From: Candidatus Latescibacterota bacterium
Lineage (GTDB): Bacteria > Latescibacterota > UBA2968
Direction of reading: 5' to 3'
Length of the DNA: 64,000 nt
NCBI GenBank assembly: GCA_965204745.1
Contig: OZ242010.1
Span: forward strand, 3,424,001-3,488,000
Shown here: one piece after another, positions 19,119 through 29,127 of the stretch
How positions within the stretch are numbered: the stretch's first letter is position 1
How the letters are laid out: the number at the start of each line of letters is the position of its first letter
Notes under the pieces: generated by a model
Database searches by the model: none
Told to the model about the DNA's origin: nothing
What the model saw: only the letters and a program-made list of their open reading frames with translations
Translations under genes and position numbers: made by a program

Positions 19119-20075
19119 ATGGATTATCAATCGGCTCTAAATTTCTTGCTCGCGGGCGATCCGCTCGTGTTGACGACGCATGTGCATGCAGATGGCGATG
19201 GCTTGGGCGCGGTGTTGGGGTTGAGCCATTGGTTGACGCGACAGGCGCAGGCGCATCGGATTTTGGTGGCGGATGAGACGTTGAATCGCAAGTTTCGGTT
19301 TTTGCCAGGGCATGAGCGCGTCGAGTTGCGCGGCGCTTGGGATGATGACTCGGCCGTGCAGCGACTCGTGGTGGTAGATGCGCCCACCCTGTCCAAAGAG
19401 CGCGTTGGCGAGGTGGCGAATCTGATTGGGCCCGCGACTCAAACGCTGGTGATCGATCATCACTTGGGCGAAGACGAGGAGGGCGATGTGCGGGTGATCG
19501 ATGCGGGTGCTAGCGCGGCGAGCGAGTTGATCTATTTGCTCATCCGCGCATCCGGTACTGGGTTCACGCCGGAGATCGCCACCTGTTTGTACGCAGGGAT
19601 CGCGTTTGACACGAAATTGTTCAAGCATTCGCATCCCGAACGCGCGATTCGCGTGGGCGCAGAACTCGTCGACCTCGGCGCGGACCCGCAACAGGTCGCC
19701 GAGGATTTGTTTTCGCATCAGACCTACGAGACAGCGAAAACCCTGGGGTTCGCGCTATCGAACCTGACCTTGCACGAAAATGGGCGGGTCAGCGCGTTGT
19801 ACATAGATCACAAAACCCTGATGCTGGAGGGCGACTTGGACGGGGTGGTCGATCACGCGATGGCGATTGACGGCGTTGAAGTCGCGTTGTTTTTTAAGGA
19901 ATACGAGCCGGGGCAACAGCGGGTGAGTTTGCGGTCGCGGGGCAATGTGGATGTCAACCGCGTCGCCCGACAATTCGATGGCGGGGGGCACATGCGCGCA
20001 TCGGGTTGCCGCATCAAAGGGCCCGTGGATGAGGCGCGAGCGCGGTTGCTATCGGTTGTGCGCGAACAATTGTGA
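19119..20075 (+). CDS. nrnA: DHH/DHHA1 oligoribonuclease/pAp phosphatase
   Basis: HVHADGD, IDHH, SLRS and GGGH motifs. Confidence 0.88.
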   Translation: MDYQSALNFLLAGDPLVLTTHVHADGDGLGAVLGLSHWLTRQAQAHRILVADETLNRKFRFLPGHERVELRGAWDDDSAVQRLVVVDAPTLSKERVGEVANLIGPATQTLVIDHHLGEDEEGDVRVIDAGASAASELIYLLIRASGTGFTPEIATCLYAGIAFDTKLFKHSHPERAIRVGAELVDLGADPQQVAEDLFSHQTYETAKTLGFALSNLTLHENGRVSALYIDHKTLMLEGDLDGVVDHAMAIDGVEVALFFKEYEPGQQRVSLRSRGNVDVNRVARQFDGGGHMRASGCRIKGPVDEARARLLSVVREQL

Positions 20076-20081
20076 GGAAGG

Positions 20082-21002
20082 ATGATTATGGATCTTTTGA
20101 CCTTAAAGACGTGGTCCGCAGAGGATATTTTGAGCACAGTGGAACTGGGGTTGGCGACAAAAAAAAATCCCCAACACTACGCGGGGCGGCTGAACGGACA
20201 GACGCTGGCGATGTTGTTTCAAAAGACCTCCACGCGCACCCGAATGTCTTTTGAAGTGGGCATGCGCCAACTGGGCGGGCAAGCGGTATTTTTGAATTGG
20301 ATGGAGACCAATTTTGCCCTGGCGGATTTGCGCGACGAAGCGCAGGTGTTGTCCCGATACGCGGATGTGATCATGGCGCGCATGCTCGAGCACGAGGATT
20401 TGCTTTGTTTGAGTGCGGGCTCTGAAGTGCCCGTGATCAACGGCTGTTGTGACCGGTATCACCCCTGTCAGGCCTTGGGCGATCTGATGTCGATCCTAGA
20501 GGTGCGAGGCGCGTTCGAGGGCGTCCACCTGGTTTATGTGGGCATGTGGAACAATGTGTGCAATTCGCTGGTGGCGGCGTGTACAAAAGCCGGCGTGCGG
20601 ATAACCGCAGTGACGCCGGAGGTCAACGAGCCGTCTGAAGACCCCGAACTCGTCGCAGCAGCGCGTGCCACCGGGTTGTTTGAGCAGACGTGCGATCTCG
20701 ACGTTGCCGATGCGGATTTTATTTATACGGATACCTGGATCGATATGGAGTTTTTCGACAACCCGAAATTTGCTGCCGAGAAAGCGCGGCGTGCGCGGGT
20801 GTTCGCGCCCTATCAGATCAACGGCGATTTGCTCAACAAGACCGACGCTTATGTGATGCACTGCTTGCCCGCGCACAAGGGCTATGAGGTGACGGACGAG
20901 GTGATGGCGAGCGATCGGTGCATTGCAGTGGATCAAGCGGAAAATCGCATGCACATTCAAAAGGCGTTGCTGATGCGGATGATCGCGCCGGAGGGCGTGT
21001 AA
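20082..21002 (+). CDS. argF: Ornithine carbamoyltransferase
   Basis: STRTR, HPCQ, HCLP and QAENR motifs. Confidence 0.9.
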   Translation: MIMDLLTLKTWSAEDILSTVELGLATKKNPQHYAGRLNGQTLAMLFQKTSTRTRMSFEVGMRQLGGQAVFLNWMETNFALADLRDEAQVLSRYADVIMARMLEHEDLLCLSAGSEVPVINGCCDRYHPCQALGDLMSILEVRGAFEGVHLVYVGMWNNVCNSLVAACTKAGVRITAVTPEVNEPSEDPELVAAARATGLFEQTCDLDVADADFIYTDTWIDMEFFDNPKFAAEKARRARVFAPYQINGDLLNKTDAYVMHCLPAHKGYEVTDEVMASDRCIAVDQAENRMHIQKALLMRMIAPEGV

Positions 21003-22363
21003 TGGCAAACGAGAAAAAATCGGTGGTGGCGGGAGACGCAATCCCCGAACGCGCCCATTTGCAGGGGCTAAAAGAGAAAATCGCGACGCGCGACGCGCGC
21101 GTCGCGGTGATCGGCCTGGGCTATGTGGGCTTGTCTTTGGGCGTGGAACTGGGCAAGGCCGGGTTTTCCGTGACCGGGATCGATACGGCTACCCGCAAGG
21201 TGGATCTGGTGTTGGCGGGCAAGTCGGATGTGCAAGGCGTGTCGGAGTTCGAGGTGGCAGGGCTTCGCGCCGTGGGAAAACTGACCGCGACTCGGGGCTA
21301 TGACGCGATAGCCGAGGTCGATGTGGTGGTGGTGTGCGTGCATACGCCGCTGAATAAAACGCGCGATCCGGATGTCTCATTCATCGCCCAAGCGTGCGAT
21401 GCGATCAAAGGCCGGTTGCGCTGCGGGCAACTGGTGATTTTGGAGAGTACGACGTATCCGGGCACGACTCGGGAACTGGTCTTGCCATTGCTCGAGGAGA
21501 GCGGGTTGAAGGTGGGGGAGGACTTTTTTTTGGTATTTTCCCCGGAGCGCGTGGATCCGGGCAATCAGCTCTATACCATCACCAACACGCCCAAAGTGGT
21601 GGGGGGGATTACGCCTGCGTGCAAAAAAATCGGCACGCATTTTTATCGGCAGTTGATCAGCGAGGTGGTGCCGGTGTCTTCCACGCAAGCCGCGGAGATG
21701 ACCAAGTTGCTGGAAAATACGTTTCGCAGTGTGAATATCGGCTTGGTCAATGAGGTGGCTTTGATGTGCGACAGGTTGGGGGTCGACGTTTGGGAGGTGG
21801 TCGATGCTGCTGCGACCAAGCCGTTTGGGTTCATGCCGTTTTATCCCGGCCCCGGGCTTGGCGGGCATTGTATTCCGGTCGATCCGCACTTCTTGGCGTG
21901 GAAACTCAAGACGCTGGATTACAATGCGCGCTTTATCGAATTGGCGAGCGAGGTGACGCGCAGCATGCCGGGCTATGTGGTGGCGAAGGTCGCCGATGCG
22001 CTCAATACACATGAGCGCAGTTTGAAGGGGTCGAATATCCTGGTCTTAGGCGTGACGTACAAGCCCGATGTGGGGGATATCCGCGAGTCGCCCGCGTTGG
22101 ATATTTTGGAGATGCTTCGGGAAAAGGGCGCGCGGGTTACGTATCACGATCCGTTTGTGGCCCGCCTGAATGTGGATGGCCTAAATTTGAAGTGCGTGGC
22201 GTTGAATGAGAACAAAATAAAAAATGCCCATTGCGTGGTGATCGCCACGCATCACAGCGATTGCGATTACGAATGGATCGTTCGGCACGCGCGCTGTATT
22301 GTCGATACGCGCAATGCCACAAAGGCCGTGGCGGGAACCAAGGATCACGTCATTAAATTGTAA
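21002..22363 (+). CDS. Nucleotide-sugar dehydrogenase (UDP-GlcNAc 6-dehydrogenase type)
   Basis: GLGYVG, ESTTYPG, KLLEN and GGHCIP motifs; ATG overlaps the argF stop. Confidence 0.9.
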   Translation: MANEKKSVVAGDAIPERAHLQGLKEKIATRDARVAVIGLGYVGLSLGVELGKAGFSVTGIDTATRKVDLVLAGKSDVQGVSEFEVAGLRAVGKLTATRGYDAIAEVDVVVVCVHTPLNKTRDPDVSFIAQACDAIKGRLRCGQLVILESTTYPGTTRELVLPLLEESGLKVGEDFFLVFSPERVDPGNQLYTITNTPKVVGGITPACKKIGTHFYRQLISEVVPVSSTQAAEMTKLLENTFRSVNIGLVNEVALMCDRLGVDVWEVVDAAATKPFGFMPFYPGPGLGGHCIPVDPHFLAWKLKTLDYNARFIELASEVTRSMPGYVVAKVADALNTHERSLKGSNILVLGVTYKPDVGDIRESPALDILEMLREKGARVTYHDPFVARLNVDGLNLKCVALNENKIKNAHCVVIATHHSDCDYEWIVRHARCIVDTRNATKAVAGTKDHVIKL

Positions 22364-22377
22364 GGGCAGGGGACGAT

Positions 22378-23313
22378 ATGCGTATTTTACTCACGGGGGG
22401 CGCGGGGTTTTTGGGATCGCATTTGTGCGACCGGTTGTTGGCTGAGGGGCACGAAGTGATTGCGATGGACAATTTGCTGACCGGGCGCGCGGCAAATCTC
22501 GCCCACCTTTTTGGGCGGGATGGGTTTGCATTTGTCAAGCACGACGTGACCAACTACATCTACGTGAAGGGGCCGCTGGATTACGTGCTGCATTTTGCCA
22601 GCCCGGCCAGTCCCGATGATTTTTCGCGCTATCCCATTCGCATTTTGAAAGTGGGCGCGCACGGCACGCACAACGCGCTCGGCGTGGCGCGGGCAAAAAG
22701 GGCGAAGTTTTTTTTGGCCTCGACATCCGAGATTTACGGCGACCCGCAGGAGCATCCGCAACGGGAATCGTATTGGGGCAATGTCAATACCCTGGGCACG
22801 CGCGGGGTGTATGACGAGGCCAAGCGGTTTGCCGAGGCGATGACGATGGCCTATCACCGCGAGAGCGGGATCGACACGCGGATCGTGCGAATTTTTAATA
22901 CGTACGGGCCGCGCATGCGAAAAGACGACGGGCGGGCCATTCCCAATTTTATCAATCGGGCGCTGTCGGATGAACCTTTGGAGGTCTATGGCACGGGCCA
23001 TCAAACGCGCAGTATTTGTTACGTGTCCGATCTGATCGAAGGGATTTACCGGTTGATGCACGCGGATTATCACGAGCCGGTGAACATCGGCGATCCGTCG
23101 AGCGAGACCACCATGCTCGATCTCGCCAAAACAATCGTCAAACTGGCCGAGAGCAAGAGCGCGATCACCCTGAAGCCCAACATGCAAATCGGCGACGACC
23201 CCCATAAGCGACAACCCGACATCACACTGGCAAAAAAACTCTTGGGCTGGCAACCCCAAGTGACGCCAGAACAAGGCTTGCGACAGACGATTGAATGGTT
23301 TCGAGCGCATTAG
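22378..23313 (+). CDS. UDP-glucuronate decarboxylase-family extended SDR
   Basis: [22 protein letters not shown] and RIFNTYGP motifs. Confidence 0.88.
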   Translation: MRILLTGGAGFLGSHLCDRLLAEGHEVIAMDNLLTGRAANLAHLFGRDGFAFVKHDVTNYIYVKGPLDYVLHFASPASPDDFSRYPIRILKVGAHGTHNALGVARAKRAKFFLASTSEIYGDPQEHPQRESYWGNVNTLGTRGVYDEAKRFAEAMTMAYHRESGIDTRIVRIFNTYGPRMRKDDGRAIPNFINRALSDEPLEVYGTGHQTRSICYVSDLIEGIYRLMHADYHEPVNIGDPSSETTMLDLAKTIVKLAESKSAITLKPNMQIGDDPHKRQPDITLAKKLLGWQPQVTPEQGLRQTIEWFRAH

Positions 23314-23369
23314 GTTGCCGTTGCCCACCCAACACCAGCCATGTGGCTATCACCGAAAAGGGGCGTGCG

Positions 23370-25541
23370 ATGTCGCGTTTCAAAAATGGATGGGTTCTCC
23401 CGTGGGGGCGTGTCGCGTTGTTCGCGTTGCCGTTTTTCGCCGTGGTTGCGATGGTCGGGTGTTTGGACGATGGGGACCGCGCCGAGTCTGTTTTGCGCGT
23501 TGAAAAACTGATCGCCCGCCAAAATTTTGCCGAGGCAATGTCCGTTCTCCAAAAACTGGATGAGGGCGCGCTTGACGCCGGGGAGGCGCGCAATAGCCGG
23601 TTGCAGCGCGCGATTTGTTCGATGAACCTCGGCGAATACGCAGCCGCGCTGGCGATTTTTCGGGCGTTGGAGGGCGCGGATCAAGTGCTCGGGGATTACG
23701 TCTCGTTTTGGATGGGGCGATGCGCCGAAGCCTTGGGGCAGGCCGAAGACGCGGAGAATCACTACGCGAAAATTTTGGCGATGCAACCGGCGAGTTTGCT
23801 CGCGGCGGAGGCGACTCTGCGCGCGGGTCATGTCGCGCTGGCGCGGGGCAATGTACGGGGCGCGGTCGCGTATTATCGGGCACTTGTCCGCGAGGAGTCA
23901 CACGCGGGAGACGCGCTGGTCGGATTGGTCGCTGCGCGATCCGCATCGGGCGATTCGGTTGTTGCACGCGAGGCCGCGTTGCAGGTGATCGAAACGCATC
24001 CCACGCACCCGGCCGTTCCCGATGTGCTCGCGGGACTCGGGGATTTGCGCGGGGTCGAAGAGTGGTTTTACGCGGGCGTCGCCCATAAGCACGCGGAAAA
24101 CCACCCACGGGCCGTTGAGTTGTTGCGCCGCGTGGTCGCAAAATCCAAAGACCCCGCCTGGCAGGGCAAGGCGCAATGCGAACTCGGCCATGTGTATTAT
24201 CGAAAAAAAAAATACGGCATGGCCGAAACCGCGTTTGACCGTGCGTACAAAGTGTATCACCTGCCCGACGCCCTGTTTCACCTGGGGCGATGCGCCGTCA
24301 AGCGCGGGCACGACTTGACCGCCACGACCCGGTTTCGCAGGTTTGCGCGGCACTATCCCAAGTCGCCGGATGCAGACGAAGCCTTGTGGCAGGCGGGCAT
24401 GGCGTACGAGCGGCGCGGGCGGTACGGCGATGCGCGGGTCTTGTTTTTGGAACTGGCAAAATCCCATCCCAAAAGCAGCTATGCCGGGCGGGCCGCGTGG
24501 CGTGCGGGATTCGCGCTGTATCAGACCGAGCAATACGCAGCCGCGGCCAAGGTATTTGCGCGCCTGGCCGAGCGGGCATCGGAAAGCCATTTGCGCGATC
24601 AGGGCTATTACTGGGCGGGCAAGTGCCACCAAAAGCTGGGGCAAAACGCAGAGGCGCGGGCGTGGATAGAACGCGCAGCCAAAGGGTTTCCCATGTCGTA
24701 CTACTCGGCGCGAGCACGCACGGTCTTGGGCGAGACAGCGGGCGTTTTTTGGGACGACCCGCAACCCGTCGCGCCCCCTGTTGCGGATCAGCAGTACGCG
24801 CCATCCGCCCATGTCTATCGGGGAGACGCACTCGCAACCCTTGGCTTGTACCGAGAGGCCGAGCGCGAATACGACCGCGCCCGGCGCATCGATGCGCGCA
24901 ATGCGGTTGCAATGGAGGGCCTGATCCGGCGTTATGAGCGCGTGCGTGCCATGCACAAGGCGTTTTCGGTGTCCAGCCAAATTGTGGTACTAGAACGCAA
25001 CCGCGGGATGCCGATGACCTTGGCCTCGTTTCGGCGGTTGTATCCCACCTATTACTGGGGCGAGATCAACCGGGTGGCGCGAAAGGTCGATTTGGATCCC
25101 CATCTCATCATTGCCATTATGCGGCAGGAAAGCGCGTTTTACGCCGAGGCGGTTTCTCGTGCAGGCGCGCGCGGGTTGATGCAGGTGATGCCAGAGACCG
25201 GGCAGAAGATGGCCCGCTCGGTAAAGCTCAAAAATTTTTCAACTGGCGATCTCTTTGAACCCCAGGTGTCGATTTTGTTGGGCGGCAAGCATCTCGCCGA
25301 TCACTTGAACGCGTTTCAAAATGACGCGCACAGGCAATTCGGCTTGGCACTCGCGGCGTATAATGCGGGACCGGATGTTGCCAAGCGGTGGGCCAAACGC
25401 CTGCCCGCTCGGGATGTCGATGAATTTGTGGAACGCATCCCGTACAAAGAGACGCGCAATTACGTAAAACTGGTGTATCGCAATTACCGCGTTTATTCCT
25501 ACCTCCTCAAAGGGGCGGGAACTTCATCCGTTGGGTTATGA
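23370..25541 (+). CDS. TPR-containing soluble lytic transglycosylase (Slt-like lipoprotein)
   Basis: Lipobox MVGC, TPRs, RQES, GLMQ, AYNAG and ETRNYV motifs. Confidence 0.9.
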   Translation: MSRFKNGWVLPWGRVALFALPFFAVVAMVGCLDDGDRAESVLRVEKLIARQNFAEAMSVLQKLDEGALDAGEARNSRLQRAICSMNLGEYAAALAIFRALEGADQVLGDYVSFWMGRCAEALGQAEDAENHYAKILAMQPASLLAAEATLRAGHVALARGNVRGAVAYYRALVREESHAGDALVGLVAARSASGDSVVAREAALQVIETHPTHPAVPDVLAGLGDLRGVEEWFYAGVAHKHAENHPRAVELLRRVVAKSKDPAWQGKAQCELGHVYYRKKKYGMAETAFDRAYKVYHLPDALFHLGRCAVKRGHDLTATTRFRRFARHYPKSPDADEALWQAGMAYERRGRYGDARVLFLELAKSHPKSSYAGRAAWRAGFALYQTEQYAAAAKVFARLAERASESHLRDQGYYWAGKCHQKLGQNAEARAWIERAAKGFPMSYYSARARTVLGETAGVFWDDPQPVAPPVADQQYAPSAHVYRGDALATLGLYREAEREYDRARRIDARNAVAMEGLIRRYERVRAMHKAFSVSSQIVVLERNRGMPMTLASFRRLYPTYYWGEINRVARKVDLDPHLIIAIMRQESAFYAEAVSRAGARGLMQVMPETGQKMARSVKLKNFSTGDLFEPQVSILLGGKHLADHLNAFQNDAHRQFGLALAAYNAGPDVAKRWAKRLPARDVDEFVERIPYKETRNYVKLVYRNYRVYSYLLKGAGTSSVGL

Positions 25542-25738
25542 CCATGAACGAGCGACCCCTGTGGCTGATTTTGGAAGACGCATTTATCATTCTTTGCATC
25601 GGCGCGCTTTGGCCGGGGATTTTGGGCTGGCAACACTGGATTTGGGATTTTGTCCAATACGTGGCCCTCGCTGGCTTGGTGTGGATCCTGATCCGCCGAA
25701 TTGGTCGCTACCGCGACCGTAGCGAAGGCGATGAATAG
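25538..25738 (+). CDS. Small 2-TM hypothetical protein
   Basis: ATGA overlap with the slt stop; two hydrophobic helices. Confidence 0.6.
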   Translation: MTMNERPLWLILEDAFIILCIGALWPGILGWQHWIWDFVQYVALAGLVWILIRRIGRYRDRSEGDE

Positions 25739-25741
25739 CAC

Positions 25742-25770
25742 AAAACCTCAGCAATACGCTGAGGTTTTTT
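25742..25770. terminator. Bidirectional terminator
   Basis: AAAACCTCAGC-aatac-GCTGAGGTTTTTT between convergent genes. Confidence 0.8.
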
Positions 25771-25930
25771 AGTTGAAGATGTAAAATTCCGCAATGACGG
25801 GATCGATGCCGCGGAGGTAGAGGATGAGGATGATGGCGGCGATGATGCACGCGGCGATGAAGAGGAGCACGAACCCGGTTTTTTGGTACCACCATTTGGG
25901 GCCGGGCGGCGGTGTATGGGGATCGCTCAT
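25769..25930 (-). CDS. Small single-TM hypothetical protein (53 aa)
   Basis: ATG overlaps the rdgB stop; MSDPHTPPPGPKWWYQK followed by a TM helix. Confidence 0.6.
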   Translation of the reverse strand: MSDPHTPPPGPKWWYQKTGFVLLFIAACIIAAIILILYLRGIDPVIAEFYIFN

Positions 25931-26532
25931 GGGATGGGCGTGCTGAAGAGGTTGAGGATGTGGGGCAAGATGGCGCGCAGGGCCTGCCCCCTGTGGCTGA
26001 GGCGATTTTTCTGGTCGGCGGGCAGTTGGGCAGACGTGCAGTTGTGCGTGGGCACGTAGAACAAGGGGTCGTACCCAAACCCGTTGCGCCCTCGGGGCGC
26101 TGTGAGGACGCGCCCTTCCCATGTCGCCTGAACGGTCTGCACGAGGCCATCGGGCGTGGCAAGGGCCATCGCGCAACAAAAACGCGCGGTGCGCTGGTCT
26201 TCGGGAATGCCGCGCAGGTTTGCGATGAGTTTGCGGTTGTTGTCCTCATCCGTGGCCTGTTGCCCTGCGTAACGCGCAGAGTAGATGCCGGGCGCGCCGT
26301 CTAAGGCATCCACGACTAGGCCCGAGTCATCGGCCAACGCAGGCAAGCCCGTGTGATCGGCAATCTCTCGGGCTTTTTTGATCGCGTTGGCCTCAAAGGT
26401 GTTGCCGTCTTCAACAGTTTCGGGCGCGGTTGGAAACGCATCTAAGGATTGCACGCGGACAGCATCGCCGAGCATGGCTTGCATTTCCCGGCACTTGCCC
26501 GGGTTGCGCGTGGCGAGAATGAGGATGGGCAT
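25927..26532 (-). CDS. rdgB: XTP/dITP diphosphatase (HAM1 family)
   Basis: ATRNPGK, ADDSGL, FGYDP and SHRGQA motifs. Confidence 0.94.
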   Translation of the reverse strand: MPILILATRNPGKCREMQAMLGDAVRVQSLDAFPTAPETVEDGNTFEANAIKKAREIADHTGLPALADDSGLVVDALDGAPGIYSARYAGQQATDEDNNRKLIANLRGIPEDQRTARFCCAMALATPDGLVQTVQATWEGRVLTAPRGRNGFGYDPLFYVPTHNCTSAQLPADQKNRLSHRGQALRAILPHILNLFSTPIP

Positions 26533-26607
26533 GTCAGTAGTCAGTCCGCCCCGCTCAACCCCCTTCGGTAAGAGGTGAGACGGGAGACGTAAGAGGTGAG
26601 ATGGGAG

Positions 26608-26641
26608 TGAGTAGGGGAGAATAATTATTCTCCCCTACTCA
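26608..26641. repeat. Perfect 34-bp palindrome (REP-like, contains GTAG)
   Basis: TGAGTAGGGGAGAATAATTATTCTCCCCTACTCA. Confidence 0.9.
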
Positions 26642-26872
26642 TCCAGGGCGAGCGCATGGTCTCGGTCTGCCTCGAAGCCACCGGGCTTTATAGCCTTGGC
26701 GGTGGCCTTGGCCTTGCATCGGCATCGCCGCACGCAGGTCATGATCGTCAATCCCAAAGCGATGCGCAAGTACGGTCAAGCCTGCATGCAACGGGCGAAG
26801 ACAGATGCGAAGGATGCGTTGTTGATCAGGGATGATGCCGGGCGCATGCCTTTTGTGCCTTGGCAACCGCCG
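26642..26872 (+). pseudogene. IS110-family transposase N-terminal fragment, frameshifted
   Basis: VCLEATGLYSL, then in another frame VMIVNPK...RAKTDAKDA (RuvC-like DEDD motifs). Confidence 0.8.
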
Positions 26873-26914
26873 AGGGGCGAATAATTATTCGCCCCTATAA
26901 TTATAGCCCCCTAC
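26873..26914. repeat. Second related palindrome plus partial duplicate
   Basis: AGGGGCGAATAATTATTCGCCCCT followed by ATAATTATAGCCCCCTAC. Confidence 0.85.
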
Positions 26915-27122
26915 GCCATGCCATCTGGGGGATGTTGCGGCATGACCAAGATTTTGAGGGCGAGAAATTCTATCGGATCACCGCGCAAACCCCTTGACCT
27001 TTAAGAGAGTATCTCCCTTCTTACCGAAGGGCGATTGGGCACGCACGGGGCCACCGCCCCTACGTTTCTATCCTCGCCTCTTACGTCTTACGTCTTACGT
27101 CTTACCTCTTATGGAGCGCCTT

Positions 27123-27839
27123 ATGTTCGGAGAAATCAAAAATCAAAGCGGTGAAAGACTGGATTACGCGTTTCACCAGGGGAATGCCGCGAGCAAACGC
27201 ATCGTGGTTTTGGGGCATGGGGTGACGGGCAACAAGGACAGGCCACTCGTGACAGCATTGGCACACGCGCTGGCGGCTGAGGGGATCCATGCCCTGCGGT
27301 TTTCTTACGCTGGCAACGGGGATTCGGAAGGGCGGTTTGAGGACGCGACCATTTCCAAGGAAGTGGCTGATTTAGGCGCAGTGCTGGACGTGCTGGATGG
27401 GTACGCGGTGTGTTATGCCGGGCATAGCATGGGCGGCGCGGTGGGGGTGTTGCGGGCGAGTGTGGATGCGCGCATCCGAGGGTTGATTTCGCTGGCGGGC
27501 ATGGTGGATACACGGGGCTTTGCACAGCGCGAGTTCGGGGATGTGACGCCCGGTGCGGGCAATATGTGGGATGACCCCGCGTGTCCGTTGTCCCAAGCGT
27601 ATCTGGATGATTTGACGGCGATAGGCACAGTGATGGATCGCGCAGCGCGGATTTCCGTGCCGTGGCTGCTGGTGCATGGCACAGAGGACGACGTGGTGCC
27701 GCTCGGGGATTCCCAAGGCATTTTTGAGCAGGCCAACGAGCCGAAGAAACTGGTGGTGCTACAAGGGGCGGATCACGTCTTCAGCGGAGACGCGACCCAA
27801 GCCGCGAGTCGGGCCGTTCTCGCATGGTTGAAAGCGTAG
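27123..27839 (+). CDS. Alpha/beta hydrolase
   Basis: GHSMG nucleophile elbow, HGTEDDVV, GADH; GGAG RBS before 27123. Confidence 0.9.
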   Translation: MFGEIKNQSGERLDYAFHQGNAASKRIVVLGHGVTGNKDRPLVTALAHALAAEGIHALRFSYAGNGDSEGRFEDATISKEVADLGAVLDVLDGYAVCYAGHSMGGAVGVLRASVDARIRGLISLAGMVDTRGFAQREFGDVTPGAGNMWDDPACPLSQAYLDDLTAIGTVMDRAARISVPWLLVHGTEDDVVPLGDSQGIFEQANEPKKLVVLQGADHVFSGDATQAASRAVLAWLKA

Positions 27840-27850
27840 GGAGGGCGTAG

Positions 27851-29032
27851 ATGCCGATCATTGGAACGCCGCTTTCGCCAACGGCGACCACAGTGCTGAT
27901 GTGTGGCGCGGGCGAATTGGGCAAGGAGGTGGTGATCGAACTTCAGCGGTATGGCGTTGAGGTGATCGCCGTGGACCGCTATGCCCATGCGCCGGCCATG
28001 CAGGTGGCGCATCGGTCGCATGTGATCGACATGTTGGATGGCGACGCGCTGCGCGAGGTGATCGAAAGCGAACGCCCGGATGTGATCGTGCCCGAAATTG
28101 AGGCCATTGCCACGGATACCCTCGCCGCATTGGAGGCCGAGGGATTTACCGTGATTCCAACAGCGCGGGCCGCGCGATTGACGATGAACCGAGCGGGCAT
28201 CCGCAGGTTGGCTGCCGAGGAATTGGGGCTGAAGACGTCGCCGTATCGGTTTGCGTCCCATGTGGATGAATACCGCGTAGCTGTCGAGGCCATTGGGGTG
28301 CCGTGCGTGGTCAAGCCGATGATGAGTTCGTCCGGCAAGGGGCAAAGCACGGTGCGGGATGTGGTCGATTCAGAGCGGGCGTGGGCAGAGGCGCGGGAAG
28401 ACGCGCGCGGCGGATCAGATGCGGTGATCGTGGAGGGCTTTGTGGATTTTGACGATGAGATTACCCTGCTGACCCTGCGCCACGCCGAGGGCACGAGTTT
28501 TTGCGCGCCTATTGGGCATCGGCAGGTGGATGGGGATTATCGCGAGTCATGGCAGCCGCACCCCATGCGCGCATCCGTGCTCGCAGAGGCACAGCGGATG
28601 GGCGAGGCGATGACCAACGCGCTGGGTGGGCGCGGCATTTTTGGGGTAGAGTTGTTTGTCAAGGGCGATGATGTTTATTTTTGCGAGGTGTCGCCGCGGC
28701 CTCACGATACGGGCATGGTGACGATGATTTCGCAAGACCTGTCGGAATTTGCCCTGCACGCCCGCGCGATTTTGGGCTTGCCCGTTCCCAATATCGAGTT
28801 CCACGGCCCGGCGGCTTCGCATGTGATTTTGGCAAAGGGGCATTCGCAACAGGTGCAATACGGCAATTTAGATGCGGCACTGTCGGCCCCGGATACGCAG
28901 ATGCGGTTGTTCGGCAAGCCCGAGGTGCAAGGCGAGCGGCGCATGGGCGTTGTGCTCGCGCGCGGTGCATCGCTCGCAGAGGCGCGGCAAAAGGCAAAGG
29001 ATGGCGCGGCGGCGGTGGCGATTGCCCTTTGA
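27851..29032 (+). CDS. purT: Formate-dependent phosphoribosylglycinamide formyltransferase
   Basis: [29 protein letters not shown]; ATP-grasp fold. Confidence 0.95.
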   Translation: MPIIGTPLSPTATTVLMCGAGELGKEVVIELQRYGVEVIAVDRYAHAPAMQVAHRSHVIDMLDGDALREVIESERPDVIVPEIEAIATDTLAALEAEGFTVIPTARAARLTMNRAGIRRLAAEELGLKTSPYRFASHVDEYRVAVEAIGVPCVVKPMMSSSGKGQSTVRDVVDSERAWAEAREDARGGSDAVIVEGFVDFDDEITLLTLRHAEGTSFCAPIGHRQVDGDYRESWQPHPMRASVLAEAQRMGEAMTNALGGRGIFGVELFVKGDDVYFCEVSPRPHDTGMVTMISQDLSEFALHARAILGLPVPNIEFHGPAASHVILAKGHSQQVQYGNLDAALSAPDTQMRLFGKPEVQGERRMGVVLARGASLAEARQKAKDGAAAVAIAL

Positions 29033-29055
29033 AAAACCAATTTTGATTCCCAATG

Positions 29056-29090
29056 AAAAACCTGCCGGGCCTATTGCTCGGCAGGTTTTT
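29056..29090. terminator. Bidirectional terminator
   Basis: AAAAACCTGCCGGGC-ctatt-GCTCGGCAGGTTTTT. Confidence 0.82.
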
Positions 29091-29127
29091 GTTTTGCATC
29101 CCGTGAAAGTCGCTAAGGTGGCCTTGG

